64,000 bases of DNA from Octopus vulgaris (taxonomy: Eukaryota): assembly GCA_951406725.2 (NCBI GenBank), contig OX597828.1, positions 71,300,001 through 71,364,000 of the forward strand, written 5' to 3'. The notes beneath the pieces were generated by a model. That model was given only the letters and a program-made list of their open reading frames with translations. It made no database searches and was not told where the DNA came from. Made by a program: the position numbers and the translations under genes. Each line of letters opens with the position of its first letter. The first letter of the stretch is position 1. Of this stretch, positions 1 to 12,282 are shown in pieces.

Positions 1-164
1 TCTGCTGAGGTCATCTTTGCCTTTCATCCTTTCAGGGTTACAAAATAAGTACCAGGGTTGCTGTAATCAACTCCCCCCCCCCCCCAAGATTTCAGGCCTT
101 CTACCTTTAGCTATTATTATTATTATTATTAGTAGTAATAGTAGTATTGTCAGCTTCTGAGGTT

Positions 165-365
165 TCTGAGCTGGCTCAGTGGTTAAGTGCATTGAAAAAA
201 ATGCTTAACAGCATACCTTACAGCTCTTTATGTTCTGAGTTCAAATCCTGCAGAGGTTGACTTTATCTTTCATTTCGGGGTTGAGAAAATAAGTACCACT
301 CATATACTGGGGTCAATGTAATCAACTTACCCAGTCTTCTAAAGTTGCTGGCTTTGTGCCAAATT
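165..365 (+). mobile_element. SINE-like repeat family B (…ttctgagttcaaat…ctttcatcctttcgggg…aataagtacca…ggggtcaatgtaatc)
   Basis: The same sequence recurs at 1-110, ~8375-8640, ~13965-14070, ~23950-24083(-), ~43270-43375(-) and ~44595-44793. It has a B-box-like GAGTTCAAAT. Confidence 0.7.
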
Positions 366-2111
366 TTTGTAGCCATTATTATTATTATTACCACCATTAA
401 CAGTTTGTCATCATTATTATTATTAAATGTAAACATTTTCATACTGTGAAATATTTTTTCTCCAGAATCTGTATTTCTACATTCTTGAAAGGAAACCAAT
501 AATTTTCCATCTTCTAACCAATACTAACTAAACTTTGTTTTCCCATAACATTTTCTGTATCCTTATTTGTTCCCTTATTGTAAATTCTCTGTCCCTTGTC
601 TTTCTCCTTCTTGTTAATCTCATGCAACCATCAAGAATGTCAATCTACTGAAATTCCATTCCCGTCTGAGTTCTTCCTGTGGGTGATTTTGTTTGAAAGA
701 AAATGTTGTGCTCTTAGCTTTTGCAGGTCCTCTGTGACTGGTGACTTTGATTTGTTTGTTTTGGGACATCAACTTACTGCAGGAGAAACAGGGTCTTGGA
801 GGACAGAATGCACAGTGAAATGCTAGGCAGTGTCTGGGAGACGAGATCAGAACCTGAGTGGAGGTAGAACAAGATCTGACTAGTTTCAGAGGATCTCTTT
901 AAACCACTGGTACTGTTGCTTCCTCCTGTTTTTTAAAACCAAAATATTGAGAACAAAATAATCCCAACCCTTCCTACAAACACCTGATTAGTTAACCGCA
1001 TGGCTAATAATCAAACTGAACCACTTTTAATTATTTTTTTCATATCAGTTTCTGTGAGGGCCCTTCAGCTCTTGTGTCAGGAAAAGAACTCTGTGGCTGT
1101 GGTTCTCAAACTTCACAGCCCTGCTACCACTGAACTAAATGCCTCTGGCCACCATTTATAGCACTTAGTTCTGTTCCACACACATAGCAACTGATGCAGA
1201 GCCAGTCACGTACCAAACTGTCTTTAATAAACCTGAAAAGTAGCAAACCGGTCCTGACCAATGGCAGAAGCTTCAGGGACACTTGGACAACCACAGTAGT
1301 TCCATGTATTTATTATCCTTACAACTAGGTTACATGTGAAAGACAGGAAACCCCTGTTAGGGTGGCTGGAAATAGATGAACCTGTTTTATAGATGCTCAA
1401 CAATACACTTCCTGATAGATATATTAAGACTGAATGGTCATGGCTGGAAGGCCTCATGTCTTGTCTTAATACAAGTGAAACGTTCTTTTCATTTTTTTTT
1501 TTAGGGCCATTTCACTCATATTAAACATTTGTGTACCTACTTTTGGCCCACCCCTGTACTGTATATCATTTCAGACCAGATTGACAAATGATACAGAAAC
1601 TCTGTGTGGCGGGGGGGTTCTAAATACTTATTTCTGACCCTGGGGCTTGATTTTACTAGGCCTGGCCTATCTGCCTCATCGTCTACCCACACTAACGTCT
1701 ATTTTACTCTGAGCTGTCAACCCAACTCAAACCAGGTTGGCGTAAGTTTAAAGTTACATCTATTTCTTGATATTCATATCTATTTCATAAAACGTTTCCT
1801 AGGAAACGGAGGATGGACTGGATAATATAAAGGCTGTGGTCGGTGGGGAAGCAAAAAAGTGCATCACTAACCAAGGGAGACAACTGGAGCAAGCTTTTAA
1901 CAGATTGATAAAAATGTCGGTTTAGCTGACTTGTTAGATCTAAATCGGAGTCAACACTGGCCGAGGTAGTGTTTTCTTTTTGTTTTGGTTTTTTTTCGAC
2001 TGTTTTATAAATATTCAACCCAACTCGGTGTTTGATTCCAAAACCATTAACACACGCTGAAACAATTTCACCAAAAATAATCCTAGAGATTAGGGGGTTG
2101 TTTTGTTACTT

Positions 2112-2117
2112 TTTATT
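2112..2117 (-). terminator. Candidate polyadenylation signal (AATAAA) of MFSD5
   Basis: Plus-strand TTTATT about 370 nt downstream of the MFSD5 stop. Confidence 0.4.
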
Positions 2118-2489
2118 TGATGGAAAAATAAATATTGCAATTTCTGAGAAAATATAACAGTGACTTGAAAGAAGGCAATGATAGAAAATAAAACGAAAAA
2201 AAAAATGGATAAATAAATAAATATATAACTTATATACACTCCTTTGTGTGATTACAACAATGTTGTTTATGAGAAAATATTTTCAGCTGTCCGTTATATA
2301 AATATTACCGATATTACTAAACTATTGTTGAGAGTTCTGGAAGATGATGATGATGATGACGCTTGGTAAATGTTTTTGAAAGAAGAGGCGTTTCCTTTAA
2401 AGTTGATATTTAATGAGTGGAGTCGGCTAAAGCCATAAGAAATAACGAGTAAAAATAATTAAGATACAAAGCAGGGATGGCTGTAATGC

Positions 2490-3842
2490 TTAAAATATAT
2501 TATGGATGTGTTCGGTCTCTGCCAGTAATAATGTCTCTTGCCGCATGTCATCTTCTTTAGCAATTTTCACAAACCGTACACTACACACCAGCGCCAGAGC
2601 CTGAAGACCAACGCACACCACAAAGATCATTCTGTTACCATGTTGGAAGACGTCTTCATGCAGCAAAAGTAAAACAATACAAGAAATTAGATTGAGAGGA
2701 ATACGGAACCAGTTCATGATATTAGTTCTGTGGGTTTCTGGGATGATGTTATTGCGGAGAAAACCCATAGCAGGGAAGTATAACCCCACCCCTACTTCAA
2801 ATATGAGGAAGGACGTGAAAGATAAAGCAGTGTTGGGATGGGTGGGGTTGGTGGATATCACACATAAAATGTTGGCAAATAATGCTATAATGACCGAACT
2901 AAGAAGTAAGTTAGTGATTGGGACATTCTTTGAGGAGGCAATCTGGTAGAGGCCTGACCCTATCAGGATGCTTATCATAAAGCTGGAGAAGACGATGCCG
3001 AGAGAGAATTTCTCTCTGTCCAAAATTGGAGTCCAAAGAAAGATGATAATGTAGATAACACTTTCGTAAGATGATTCAATGGCACCAATGAGGAAAACCT
3101 TCTCGTGGGTCAAAGTTTTCTTCAGACCCTCAAAACAAAGTTTCTGGAAATTAACTTTATGGCCACTATAATTTTCATTCCAATGAGTGGACATCATGAC
3201 TCCAGCAAAAATAAGAAAGGGAATGGCCAATATATAAGGAGCTACTGGTCCAAGGCCAAACCATTCAGAGAAAATATTTGCAGTTAAACCAGCTAAAATA
3301 GCTAACACTCCATTCCAAAACGATGCTTTTGTGAAAGTAACAGCAATCCACTCTTTGGGGAAGTCATGGGTTTCCGTGTGTTCGTGGATGTACCATGCCT
3401 CAAATGCAGAGAACAAAACTGACGTTGCAACACCACCAACCAAGCGGCCCAGCAGCAACACAGCATAGTTTCGAGATAATTTCAGCAAACACGATATGGA
3501 GTAAAGAATTGTAAAGAGAATGCACATTTTTTTGCGACCAAACTGATCAGCAGCAAGGGGAATCCAAGTTCCAAGAAGAACGGTCGATGCAAAACCAAAG
3601 ACATAGAGCACAGCAATTTGTTCCTCTTGGAATCCATAATAGTTGTAAAGTTTATAGAGATAAGGACCTTGAAGCCAGTCTGCAAACATTGCTGGAAGAT
3701 ATGCAGAGAAGTAACCTCGTTGGAACTTCAAAAATTGTGGATTGTTGCCCAATAAAACGTCCTTCTTGAAACGGTAGACCATTATTTGTAAAAGACTGGC
3801 CAAACAGGCCAGAACCAGAAATACAGCATATAATACAACCAT
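2490..3842 (-). CDS. MFSD5: Molybdate-anion transporter / major facilitator superfamily domain-containing protein 5 (single coding exon, 450 aa)
   Basis: Intact 450-aa multi-TM ORF with family motifs FADWLQGPYLYKLY, ADQFGRKK, LLFSAFEAW-like VLFSAFEAWY, FLWTP and NWFRIPLN. A minus-strand acceptor (tttctttcag) at 3902 lies 59 nt upstream of the ATG, with an in-frame stop in between, so this ATG is the start. Confidence 0.95.
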   Translation of the reverse strand: MVVLYAVFLVLACLASLLQIMVYRFKKDVLLGNNPQFLKFQRGYFSAYLPAMFADWLQGPYLYKLYNYYGFQEEQIAVLYVFGFASTVLLGTWIPLAADQFGRKKMCILFTILYSISCLLKLSRNYAVLLLGRLVGGVATSVLFSAFEAWYIHEHTETHDFPKEWIAVTFTKASFWNGVLAILAGLTANIFSEWFGLGPVAPYILAIPFLIFAGVMMSTHWNENYSGHKVNFQKLCFEGLKKTLTHEKVFLIGAIESSYESVIYIIIFLWTPILDREKFSLGIVFSSFMISILIGSGLYQIASSKNVPITNLLLSSVIIALFANILCVISTNPTHPNTALSFTSFLIFEVGVGLYFPAMGFLRNNIIPETHRTNIMNWFRIPLNLISCIVLLLLHEDVFQHGNRMIFVVCVGLQALALVCSVRFVKIAKEDDMRQETLLLAETEHIHNIF

Positions 3843-4220
3843 GATGATGGCAGCAAGGTAAAATAATCAGGAAGAATTCCACAGTCTTGGAGATACAGCA
3901 ACTGAAAGAAACAAAGAAATTGATAAGTGATTCTCTCAAAGCATATTCTATGGTGTGTGTGTGCAAGTGGTTTAGGGTCAGTAAATGAGATGGTAACCCC
4001 TTTCGGTCTTGTGGTTGAGTGAAGTTAACTGTTAGAACGTCTTCAGCAAATGTCATTGTTGGTTTGCTTAAATATCTGTAACTTAGCAATTTGGCAAAAG
4101 AGATCGATAGAATAAGTACCGAACTTCAAAGAAATAAGCACAAGGTCGATTTGTTCAACTAAGACTCTTCAAAGTGGGGCCCCAGCTGGCCATGGTCCAA
4201 TGACTGAAACAAACAAAAGA

Positions 4221-4435
4221 TGGAGTAAAGATAGTTTGCTAACGTAACATGGCATTCCTGGTTTAGGACGAATGTTGCTGTAATTTAGCCTCAGGAGACA
4301 TCGTCTCCAGCTGGTTATATGACATAATCTTTGTCGTTATATTTTTGAACAAGGGAATTTCCTGGGACTAAATTACAGCAACATTCGTCCTAAACCAGGA
4401 CTGCCATGTTATGTTGGCAAACAATCTTTACTCCA
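4221..4435. mobile_element. Foldback/MITE-like element with ~75-bp inverted arms
   Basis: tggagtaaagatagtttgctaacgtaacatggcattcctggtttaggacgaatgttgctgtaatttag matches the reverse complement of the right end (ending 4435) with few mismatches. Spacer is ~60 bp. Confidence 0.8.
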
Positions 4436-4492
4436 AAGTACTGTTGCTGAATATCTCTCGTTGTGAGATTTAAGAATAGTAATTTTCCAAAC

Positions 4493-4890
4493 AGGCGCAG
4501 GAGTGGCTGTGTGGTAAGTAGCTTGCTTCCCAACCACATGATTCCGGGTTCAGTCCCACTGCGTAGCATCTTGGGCAAGTGTCTTCTGCTATAGCCCCGG
4601 GCCGACCAATGCCTTGTGAGTGGATTTGGTAGACGGAAACTGAAAGAAGCCTGTCGTATATATGTATATATATATGTTTGTGTGTCTGTGTTTGTCCCCC
4701 CTAGCATTGCTTGACAACCAATGGTGGTGTGTTTACGTCCCCATCACTTAACGGTTCGGCAAAAGAGACCGATAGAATAATTACTGGGCTTACAAAGAAT
4801 AAGTCCCGGGGTCGATTTGCTCGACTAAAGGCAGTGCTCCAGCATGGCCACAGTCAAATGACTGAAACAATTAAAAGAGTAAAAAGAGTA
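4493..4890 (+). mobile_element. tRNA-derived SINE family A, near full length
   Basis: A-box-like TGGCTGTGTGG, B-box-like GGGTTCAGTCCC, internal (TA/TG)n and a (TAAAAGAG)n tail. Multiple near-identical copies occur in the window. Confidence 0.85.
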
Positions 4891-6052
4891 AACAAAAGGT
4901 GTATCAAGAATCTAACTGCAAACCAGAGATGGAGAAGAGAAAGAAGTTTTTATCAAAAAAAGATAATTCAAATAATGATAAAACTAAAAGATGAATCTGA
5001 CAAAGTTGGTCATACTTGGTGGTACTCCAGCATGGCCTGGCCTGGGGAGGGAAAAACTAAGCAAACAACCTAGGAGCTGGGGCATTTGGATTATGATGAT
5101 ATGTGGTTCGGTGGAAATATTAGAGGATACATGAAGAATTCAGATGAGTTGTGAATGTCCTCTGGTGATCCTAGTATTGTAACCCTTGTAATACTGATCC
5201 TTTGGTCCAATAGAACAAACTTCCTGTTTTAGAGGCATCTAAATTAAGAGCTTCCTCCAAAAGCGCATCTTAAGGTATATTCCAAATACCAGCTTAAGAA
5301 CAGCAAAGTTATTTTACCAACATCAAAATAAAAGCAGTTTATTTAAGAGAAATATGGTAAGAGAAGGATTAACTGTTTTGATATCAAACTGGCCAAGAGC
5401 ACACTTAGCTTTATGGTACACACTTCCTGTTTTCAGGTGATTGTAATTAAAACATCCAATTAAAATCTCGTGTTAATTTAGGTTTCAAAATAACTTAATT
5501 ATGATGAAGTTATATTACTATAATCTTTATTACTTTCAAAATTAATTGATAGAAAAATTGTATTTCAACAGACACACAGTAACAAAAGGGGTCAAACAGC
5601 AATCGGATTTTTAGGGGGAAGAATATACTGAAGGGGTTTACTGTTACACTCATCAGACATGTAGCAAGATCTCAACTTAAAAGTGTCAGGTCATGAAGCC
5701 TTAAGCAATTATAAAATGGTAAACTGTCCTTTTGGTTGCAAGGGAACATGAAATGGGGTATTCCACTCAAGAACACAATGCACAGCCCAGTCCAGAAAGC
5801 AAAACCACAACCTTGCAATTGTGAGTGCAACATTTTAACCACCAGGCCACACATCTTCATTCCTACATGTGTGTGTGTGCCCTAACATGGCCTCGGCCTC
5901 TGGCTAAAATCAGGCTTCTTTCAGTTTCCATGTACCAAATCCACTTAATAGAAGACTCCTCCTGCCCAAGGTGTCATGCAGTGGAACTGAACCCGAAGCC
6001 AAATGGTTGGGAAAGAAACACCTGAACCACACAGCCAGGGTACCAAGAAGCC

Positions 6053-6222
6053 TTTATAAAAGCTGAAGAAACATCACAAAAAAACTTCTACTCAGAGTTT
6101 CATGTCCCCATTCATCAGGCAGGTGCGATACAGAATTCTGAATCACACCTGCCCAACAAATGGGAACATGAAACTCTGAGTAGCAGTTTTTTTTGGGGGA
6201 TATTTTTGCAGCTTTAATAAAA
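6053..6222. repeat. Near-perfect palindrome of two divergent copies of a hammerhead-containing repeat
   Basis: Centre is cagaa|ttctg (6131-6140). Arms ctactcagagtttcatgtccccattcatcaggcaggtg and cacctgcccaacaaatgggaacatgaaactctgagtag are reverse complements with a few mismatches. Confidence 0.85.
6085..6122 (-). ncRNA. Minimal type-I hammerhead ribozyme motif (intact core)
   Basis: Minus strand reads CTGC-CTGATGA-ATG-GGGA-CAT-GAAA-CTCTGAG-TA-GAAG: core CUGAUGA/GAAA, stem II with a GNRA loop, stem III ACUC/GAGU, GUA cleavage triplet. The partner copy at 6149-6186(+) has a perfect stem I (CTGC/GCAG) but a decayed core (CCAACAA). Confidence 0.7.
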
Positions 6223-6309
6223 AAAGCATATTACTCTACCTTCAGTATTCGAGTACCATTTTTTCCCCACCTTGTTTTGCATTTATGTGCTTACTCATGT
6301 GTGTATATG

Positions 6310-6348
<39 letters not shown>

Positions 6349-6427
6349 TTTACAAAAAAAAAGACGAAGACAGGTGGTGTACAAAACAAACAGATGTATT
6401 AGTATAATGCTCAGGAATAGAAAAAGT

Positions 6428-6463
6428 CTTTTACGTTTCGAGCCTACGCTCTTCTACAGAAAG
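6428..6463 (-). ncRNA. Hammerhead-like motif with variant core (CUGUAGA) in a Penelope-type tail repeat (~6346-6520)
   Basis: Minus strand reads CTTT-CTGTAGA-A-GAGC-GTAG-GCTC-GAAA-CGTA-AAAG. Stems I and II are perfect and stem III is the palindromic ACGU. Confidence 0.6.
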
Positions 6464-7392
6464 GGACACACAAAAAACAAGGAGAGAAAAAAATGTGTGT
6501 AGTGGCTAACGATCTATTATGGCGTGCATGTGTGTATTTATCCCCCACAACTGCTTGACAACCGGTGTTGGTGTGTTTATGTCCCCATGGCTTAGCAGTT
6601 TGGTAAAAGAGACCAACAGAATAAGCACCAGGTTTTAAAAAATAATTACCGGCAATGATTTATTCAACTAAACTTCTTCAAAGTGGTGCCCCAGCATGAC
6701 CGCAGTCTAATGACTGAAACAAGATTAAAAAAAAAAATCAAAAATGTAGAAGTGTGTTTACATTCTTAAATTCCTCTCACAGTAAGGCTTTGTAATAAAA
6801 TTATTTCAGTCTACATGAGTCACACTGTGTTTTGCATAAAATATACATTTTTATATTAATTAATAATTAATGAGCTTTCAAATGCATAAATATGCAAATT
6901 AACCAGTTATCATTGAAACGATCCATATGTAGCCCACATTTTCTACTAGTCTTTAAGCTCAAACTGGCAAGATCCAGCCTCTCACACATACCCTACAATG
7001 TCATTCTAAAAATTTACAATCACATCATCAAAATCTCAAAGCTACGAAATAATACAGGATTAATTCAAAACAATTTGAATAAATAAACATTACACTTAAC
7101 AGAATAATCAAAATAGCAAAGGGCGAAGTTACCCAAAACAGTGATAGCCTAATTTACACCTGCTTTATATAACTCTTATTTAAATGAGTTCTCCCATAGA
7201 CCCTTTTTAATATGCTTATCCTTGTCACACTGTGTCACGCTGAATCTCCCTAAGAACTACATTAAGGGTACACATGTCTACGGATTGCTCAGCCACTTGC
7301 ACATTAATTTCATGAGAGCAAGCTGTTCCATTGATCGGATCAGCTGGGACCCTCATCGTCGTAACCGACTGAGTGCCACTGTGTGTGTGTGC

Positions 7393-8330
7393 GCCCGAAC
7401 AAGCATAATTGTTGGTAATCCCATTGGTTAAAATTATTGCCCCTATACGAATTCTAAACTTTTGTCAAAGAATTCAGATATGAGCAGTTATAAAAACACT
7501 GATTTTTTGGAAATTACTCAGTGATCGTTGGATGTTACTAAACTCCATGACACTCATCCTTGAAACATTGGCTATTTTTTATGATGTGGTGGTTTATCTA
7601 CAAGATTACGTCCAGAGGTCACCACTTTTTATAGCCGGTTTGGTTACTGTTTGTGCAACACTACTTTTATATGTTTCCTATTTGGAAAGAGATAATAAAT
7701 ATATCTTACTTTTGAAGTAGGAATATATATTGATAAACCCGTCACTTATAACTTATTTATAAGTGTTATCATTATACATAAATCCTAACTCCAGCTACAT
7801 AAACACCATAGTGAGAAATATATTTTATGCATGCATGTATGTTGAAGATAAATACATACATGTTCTTTTAACCGCTATAAAAAATACAGAGTTTTATAAT
7901 TGCAGAAATAAATATTAACAAGTTGAAGAACATGAAGAAAGAGAAAATAATTACTACATTAGTTTATTTTTGTACATTTAGCAATTGGAAAGCAAAGTCA
8001 TTTTGTCATAGAGAATTACAACTTAAAATTCACACTAACTAATCCTTCATACTAATTACTAGAGTTCACAACAATTCAAATAAGTCTTGTTGGATTTTTA
8101 TCATAGACATGGCATAAAAAATAGCCAATATCTCAAGGAGTGAGTGTCGTGGAGTTTAGTACATCTAACGATCACTGAGTAATTTCCCAAAAATCAGGGT
8201 TTTTATAACTGCTCATATCCAGATTCTAAGTACCATATTTCATGAAAGATTTCTTTGACAAAAGTTTACAATTCGTATATGGGCAGTAATTTTAACCAAT
8301 GGGAGTACCAACAATTATGCTTGTTCGGGC
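7393..8330. mobile_element. Non-autonomous DNA transposon with long (~190-215 bp) terminal inverted repeats
   Basis: gcccgaacaagcataattgttggta… (7393-7582) is the reverse complement of 8115-8330. The interior is AT-rich and non-coding. Confidence 0.8.
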
Positions 8331-8660
8331 AAACGACCATTACGTCATATTGTTGCCTTTTATGACTTGCTACAGTGGTATTTCTTCCAGCTCTTTGCAT
8401 TCTGAATTCAAACTGCACAATGGTCAAGTTTGCCCTTCACCCTTTCGGGGGGGTCAACAACATAAGTACTAGTCATATACTGGAGTCAATGTAATCAACT
8501 AGCCCCCACCCCACCCCTACTGCCCACAAAATTTCAGGCCTTGTGCTGACAGTAGAAAGGACTTGAATAAAGTACCAGTCAAACACTGGGGTCAATGTAA
8601 TCAGCTTCCCTCTCCCCTCAAAGCTGCTGGCCTGGTGCAAAAAATTGCAAAGAATTCATA

Positions 8661-9044
8661 TCTTTTACTTGTTTCAGTCATTTGACTGCGGCCATGCTGG
8701 AGCACTGCCTTTAGTTGGACAAATCGATCTCAGAACTTATTCTTTGTAACCCTAGTACTTATTTTATCGGTGTCTTTTGCTGAACCACTAAGTTATGGGG
8801 GCATAAACACAGCAGCATTGGTTGTCAAGTGATGTTGGGAAGACAAACATACACACATACATCATATATATATATATACATGATGGGCTTCTTTCAGTTT
8901 CCATCTACTAAATCCACTCACAAGGCTTTGGTTGGCCCGAGGCTATAGTAGAAGACACTTGCCCAAGGTGCCATGCAGTAGTATTGAACCTGGAACCATG
9001 TGGTTGGGAAGCAAGCTTCTTACCACACAGCCACTCCTGCGCCT
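8661..9044 (-). mobile_element. tRNA-derived SINE family A copy
   Basis: Reverse complement of the 4493-4890 element. Confidence 0.85.
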
Positions 9045-9119
9045 GTATCTAATTACTTTTGAAAATTACATTTTTAACGATGCCAGTTTTGGACACACAA
9101 GAGGTGTAATGGTATGAGA

Positions 9120-10020
9120 AGAAGGCTAACAGAGAAAATAGTCTTCGTGTGCGACAAATGTGTGGCTACAATAAGCACTAAAAATACGCAGACGATAGAT
9201 TTCCTCAAATACTCGGGGGAACCATTAGAAGTAGAGCTTCTGGTATCTAGGCAACCAATTTAGCAGGGGAGGAGGAAGTACAGAAAGTGTAGTTGCTAGA
9301 ATAAGAACGGGCTGGGCAAAGTTCAGAAAGCTTCAGCCTTTGTTGGTAAGTAGGGGCCTCTCCCTCAGAGTGAAAGGCAGATCGTATGATGCGTGTGTAC
9401 GTACAGCTATGCCACATGGAAGTGAAACATGGGCTGTGACTACAGAGGACTTGTGAAGGCTTGAAAGAAATGAAGCTAGTGTGCTCTGCTGGATGGGTAA
9501 TGTCAGTGTGCATGTATGACAGAGTGTAAATGATTGAAGAGGAAAACCGGGTATAAGAGGCATCAGATGTTGTGTGCAAGAGAGAAGGCTGCACTGGCTT
9601 GGTCAAGTGATGTGTATGGATGAGGACAGATGTAGAAAGAGGTGCTGAGCTCTAATTGCAGAAGGAACCTGTGAAAGGGGTAAACCCTGGAAGACGTGGG
9701 GCGAAGTGGTGAGAAAGGATCTGTGAATGCAGGGCATCACTGGGAGTTTTTGTGATTTGCTGTACTTGAGAAGACGAGTCGAGCTAAGTAAAATCGCCGT
9801 CCTCCATACGTTCCAGGCTTGTCTTTCTCTTACAGGTGCTGGTGCCACGTAATATACACTCGTGCCACTTAAATAGCAACCAGCTCACTCTGTAAAGTGG
9901 TTGGTGTTAGGAAGGGCATCTCAGCAGGAGAGACAGACAATGGGAATCTGGACAGCTCCCATCAAAACCATTCAACCCATGCCAGCATGAAAAAACGGAC
10001 GTTAAACGATGATAATAATG
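9120..10020 (+). mobile_element. 5'-truncated degenerate RTE-clade LINE (C-terminal ORF region plus 3'UTR, ATG-repeat tail)
   Basis: Homologous to 30383-31567 (GLSLRVKGRSYDACVRTAMPHGSETWAVT), with frameshifts. Ends in aaacgatgataataatg. Confidence 0.8.
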
Positions 10021-11089
10021 AATAAAACCCAGAATATATAATTTATTTTTTATCTTATATTTGTTTTAGTCATTGGACAGTAGCCATGTTGAGGGCACTG
10101 ACTCTCCAGTACTTTTAAGACCGATACTCATTCTATTGGTCTCTTTTGCCGAACCACCAAGTTACATAGACATAAACAAACCAACACCGGTTGTCCAGCG
10201 GTGGTTATGGGACAAACACACACACACATACAAGGCAATCTTTGGGCATTTGTAGACATAACGTTTCAGGTAAAGAGGACAGGCTGAAAAAGAGAGTGGA
10301 TGACGTCATCCACTCATACCGAAACATTGCTATATTTATATATATATATATATCGAGCCAGGTTCTGTCTACCAAATCCACTCACAAGGCATTGGTCGAC
10401 CTGAGACTATAGTAGAATACACTTGCCCAAAGTGCCACGCAGTGGGATTGAACTCAAGACTACGTGGTGAAAAGCGAGTTTCTTAACCCACAAAGCCACG
10501 CTTATGACTAAATGAATAAAGGTTATCAAGGTCAGAAGGACCAAAAAGGCTTTGGTTGGCCACGAAAATTGTACGAGGGAATTTGAAGATTTATTTCTTG
10601 AATAATGGGGAAATGTGACGTGGCAACAACCATTACTTTCTCGAGGTTGTTGACGAAATATATAATAAGGCGGTAAACCCGAATGGGAATCAAGGGACGA
10701 GTCAAGCGGAAAAAACTATGACGTGACTGCTTGCTCGACTTGTTAGACATTTCCGCCAATTGTCACACCTGAAGATAAGTACAGTTTCTAAACAAACAAA
10801 AGGACAGGTTGGTCATGGCCGGTAAGACTTGAGCAACGCCGATTGGAGACTAAACAGGAACAACCTCATGGCATTAGATAGACAGCAATTGATTAGGTAG
10901 ATAGAAAGTGTGTGTGCCCACGGGTAATAAGGGCGGAGGTGTGCAATAGTTTGCCCTTCCAGACCTCCGCTGCAACGAGTCCACAAAACAACGGTTGACA
11001 GGAGATACGAACTCGCATTCAATACTCTGTGAGGCTCTCCACCTTATCGACCATGTCAATGTCACAACAACACTATAAAGACACCAGCT

Positions 11090-11135
<46 letters not shown>

Positions 11136-11471
11136 CACATCCTTTTGATATATATGAGCTTATATACATAAGATCCTTTTGATAAGTATATATATAGTTT
11201 TATATATATATATACATACACATAGTGAGCTTATATATACATATATATATAGTGAGCTTACATATATACATACATATATATAGTGACCTTATATATATAT
11301 ATATCTATATATATATATATACACACACACCATCGTTTTGACGTCCACTTCCTCATGCTTGCATGGGTCAGATATATAAAGTACTTATTCGTGCATTGAC
11401 CCAGTTGTACTTTAAACAATAATGACAAGATTGTACTGTATTCATAAGGTGTACGTTATTAGATGGGGGTC

Positions 11472-11681
11472 CGAGGTGGGGCTGAAAAGTTCCTGGCTTT
11501 AAGGGCATCACAAAAGGCGTGGTTGGAATCCCAACCTTTCGAGTTATTTTACAGGGCTTCGAAAATATGCCGAAAGTGGATGAATCTTGAGAGGAGAATA
11601 TCATGAAATAAAATCATAATTAACTGATCCTCCTGTATTTTCTTTTACCTAAAAGCCAGGAACTTTTCAATACCCGCCTCG
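11472..11681. mobile_element. Mariner-like MITE
   Basis: TIRs cgaggtggggctgaaaagttcctggcttt / aaagccaggaacttttcaatacccgcctcg. A second copy lies in the opposite orientation at ~37360-37559. Confidence 0.75.
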
Positions 11682-11897
11682 TGTGTGATGGGGGAGATAG
11701 ATAAGTGGATAGATGGATGGATGGATGTGTAGGAGAGAGTTTACAAACAAGAGGGAAAGTACTCAATACATAAAATAGAGTATAAATATCACAGTGCTGA
11801 GCAACAACACACAACAACAATGTGTGTATATATATATAAGTATATTTGTGTATGTATATGTGTATATTGTAATATGTGTACGTGCATGTAAGCAAAT

Positions 11898-11962
<65 letters not shown>

Positions 11963-12008
11963 TCAGTACTTTCACAGGAATTTGCCATCCCTTAATGAGG
12001 TTTGTAAC

Positions 12009-12129
<121 letters not shown>

Positions 12130-12233
12130 TGTGTTTATGTGCGTTATGAGTGTGTATTTCTTCCTGTATGTATGTACATATCTGTTTTGTGTATGTATGT
12201 GTATTTATATATATATATCTATGTATATGTTAC

Positions 12234-12282
12234 CTTCTTCGTGAGAAATAGTTTCTTCTGCCTTCTCTGGCCGTGGTGGTGT
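12234..12282 (-). other. Candidate 49-nt non-coding 5'UTR exon of MFSD5
   Basis: Minus strand has ttatttacag| acceptor and AAG|gtaaca donor, with no ATG inside. An upstream donor TG|gtaaga lies at 12414. Confidence 0.4.

Noticed and set aside
1536-1559. Tc1/mariner-like terminus (cctacttttggcccacccctgta)
   Set aside because: No partner TIR or transposase remnant could be identified with confidence.
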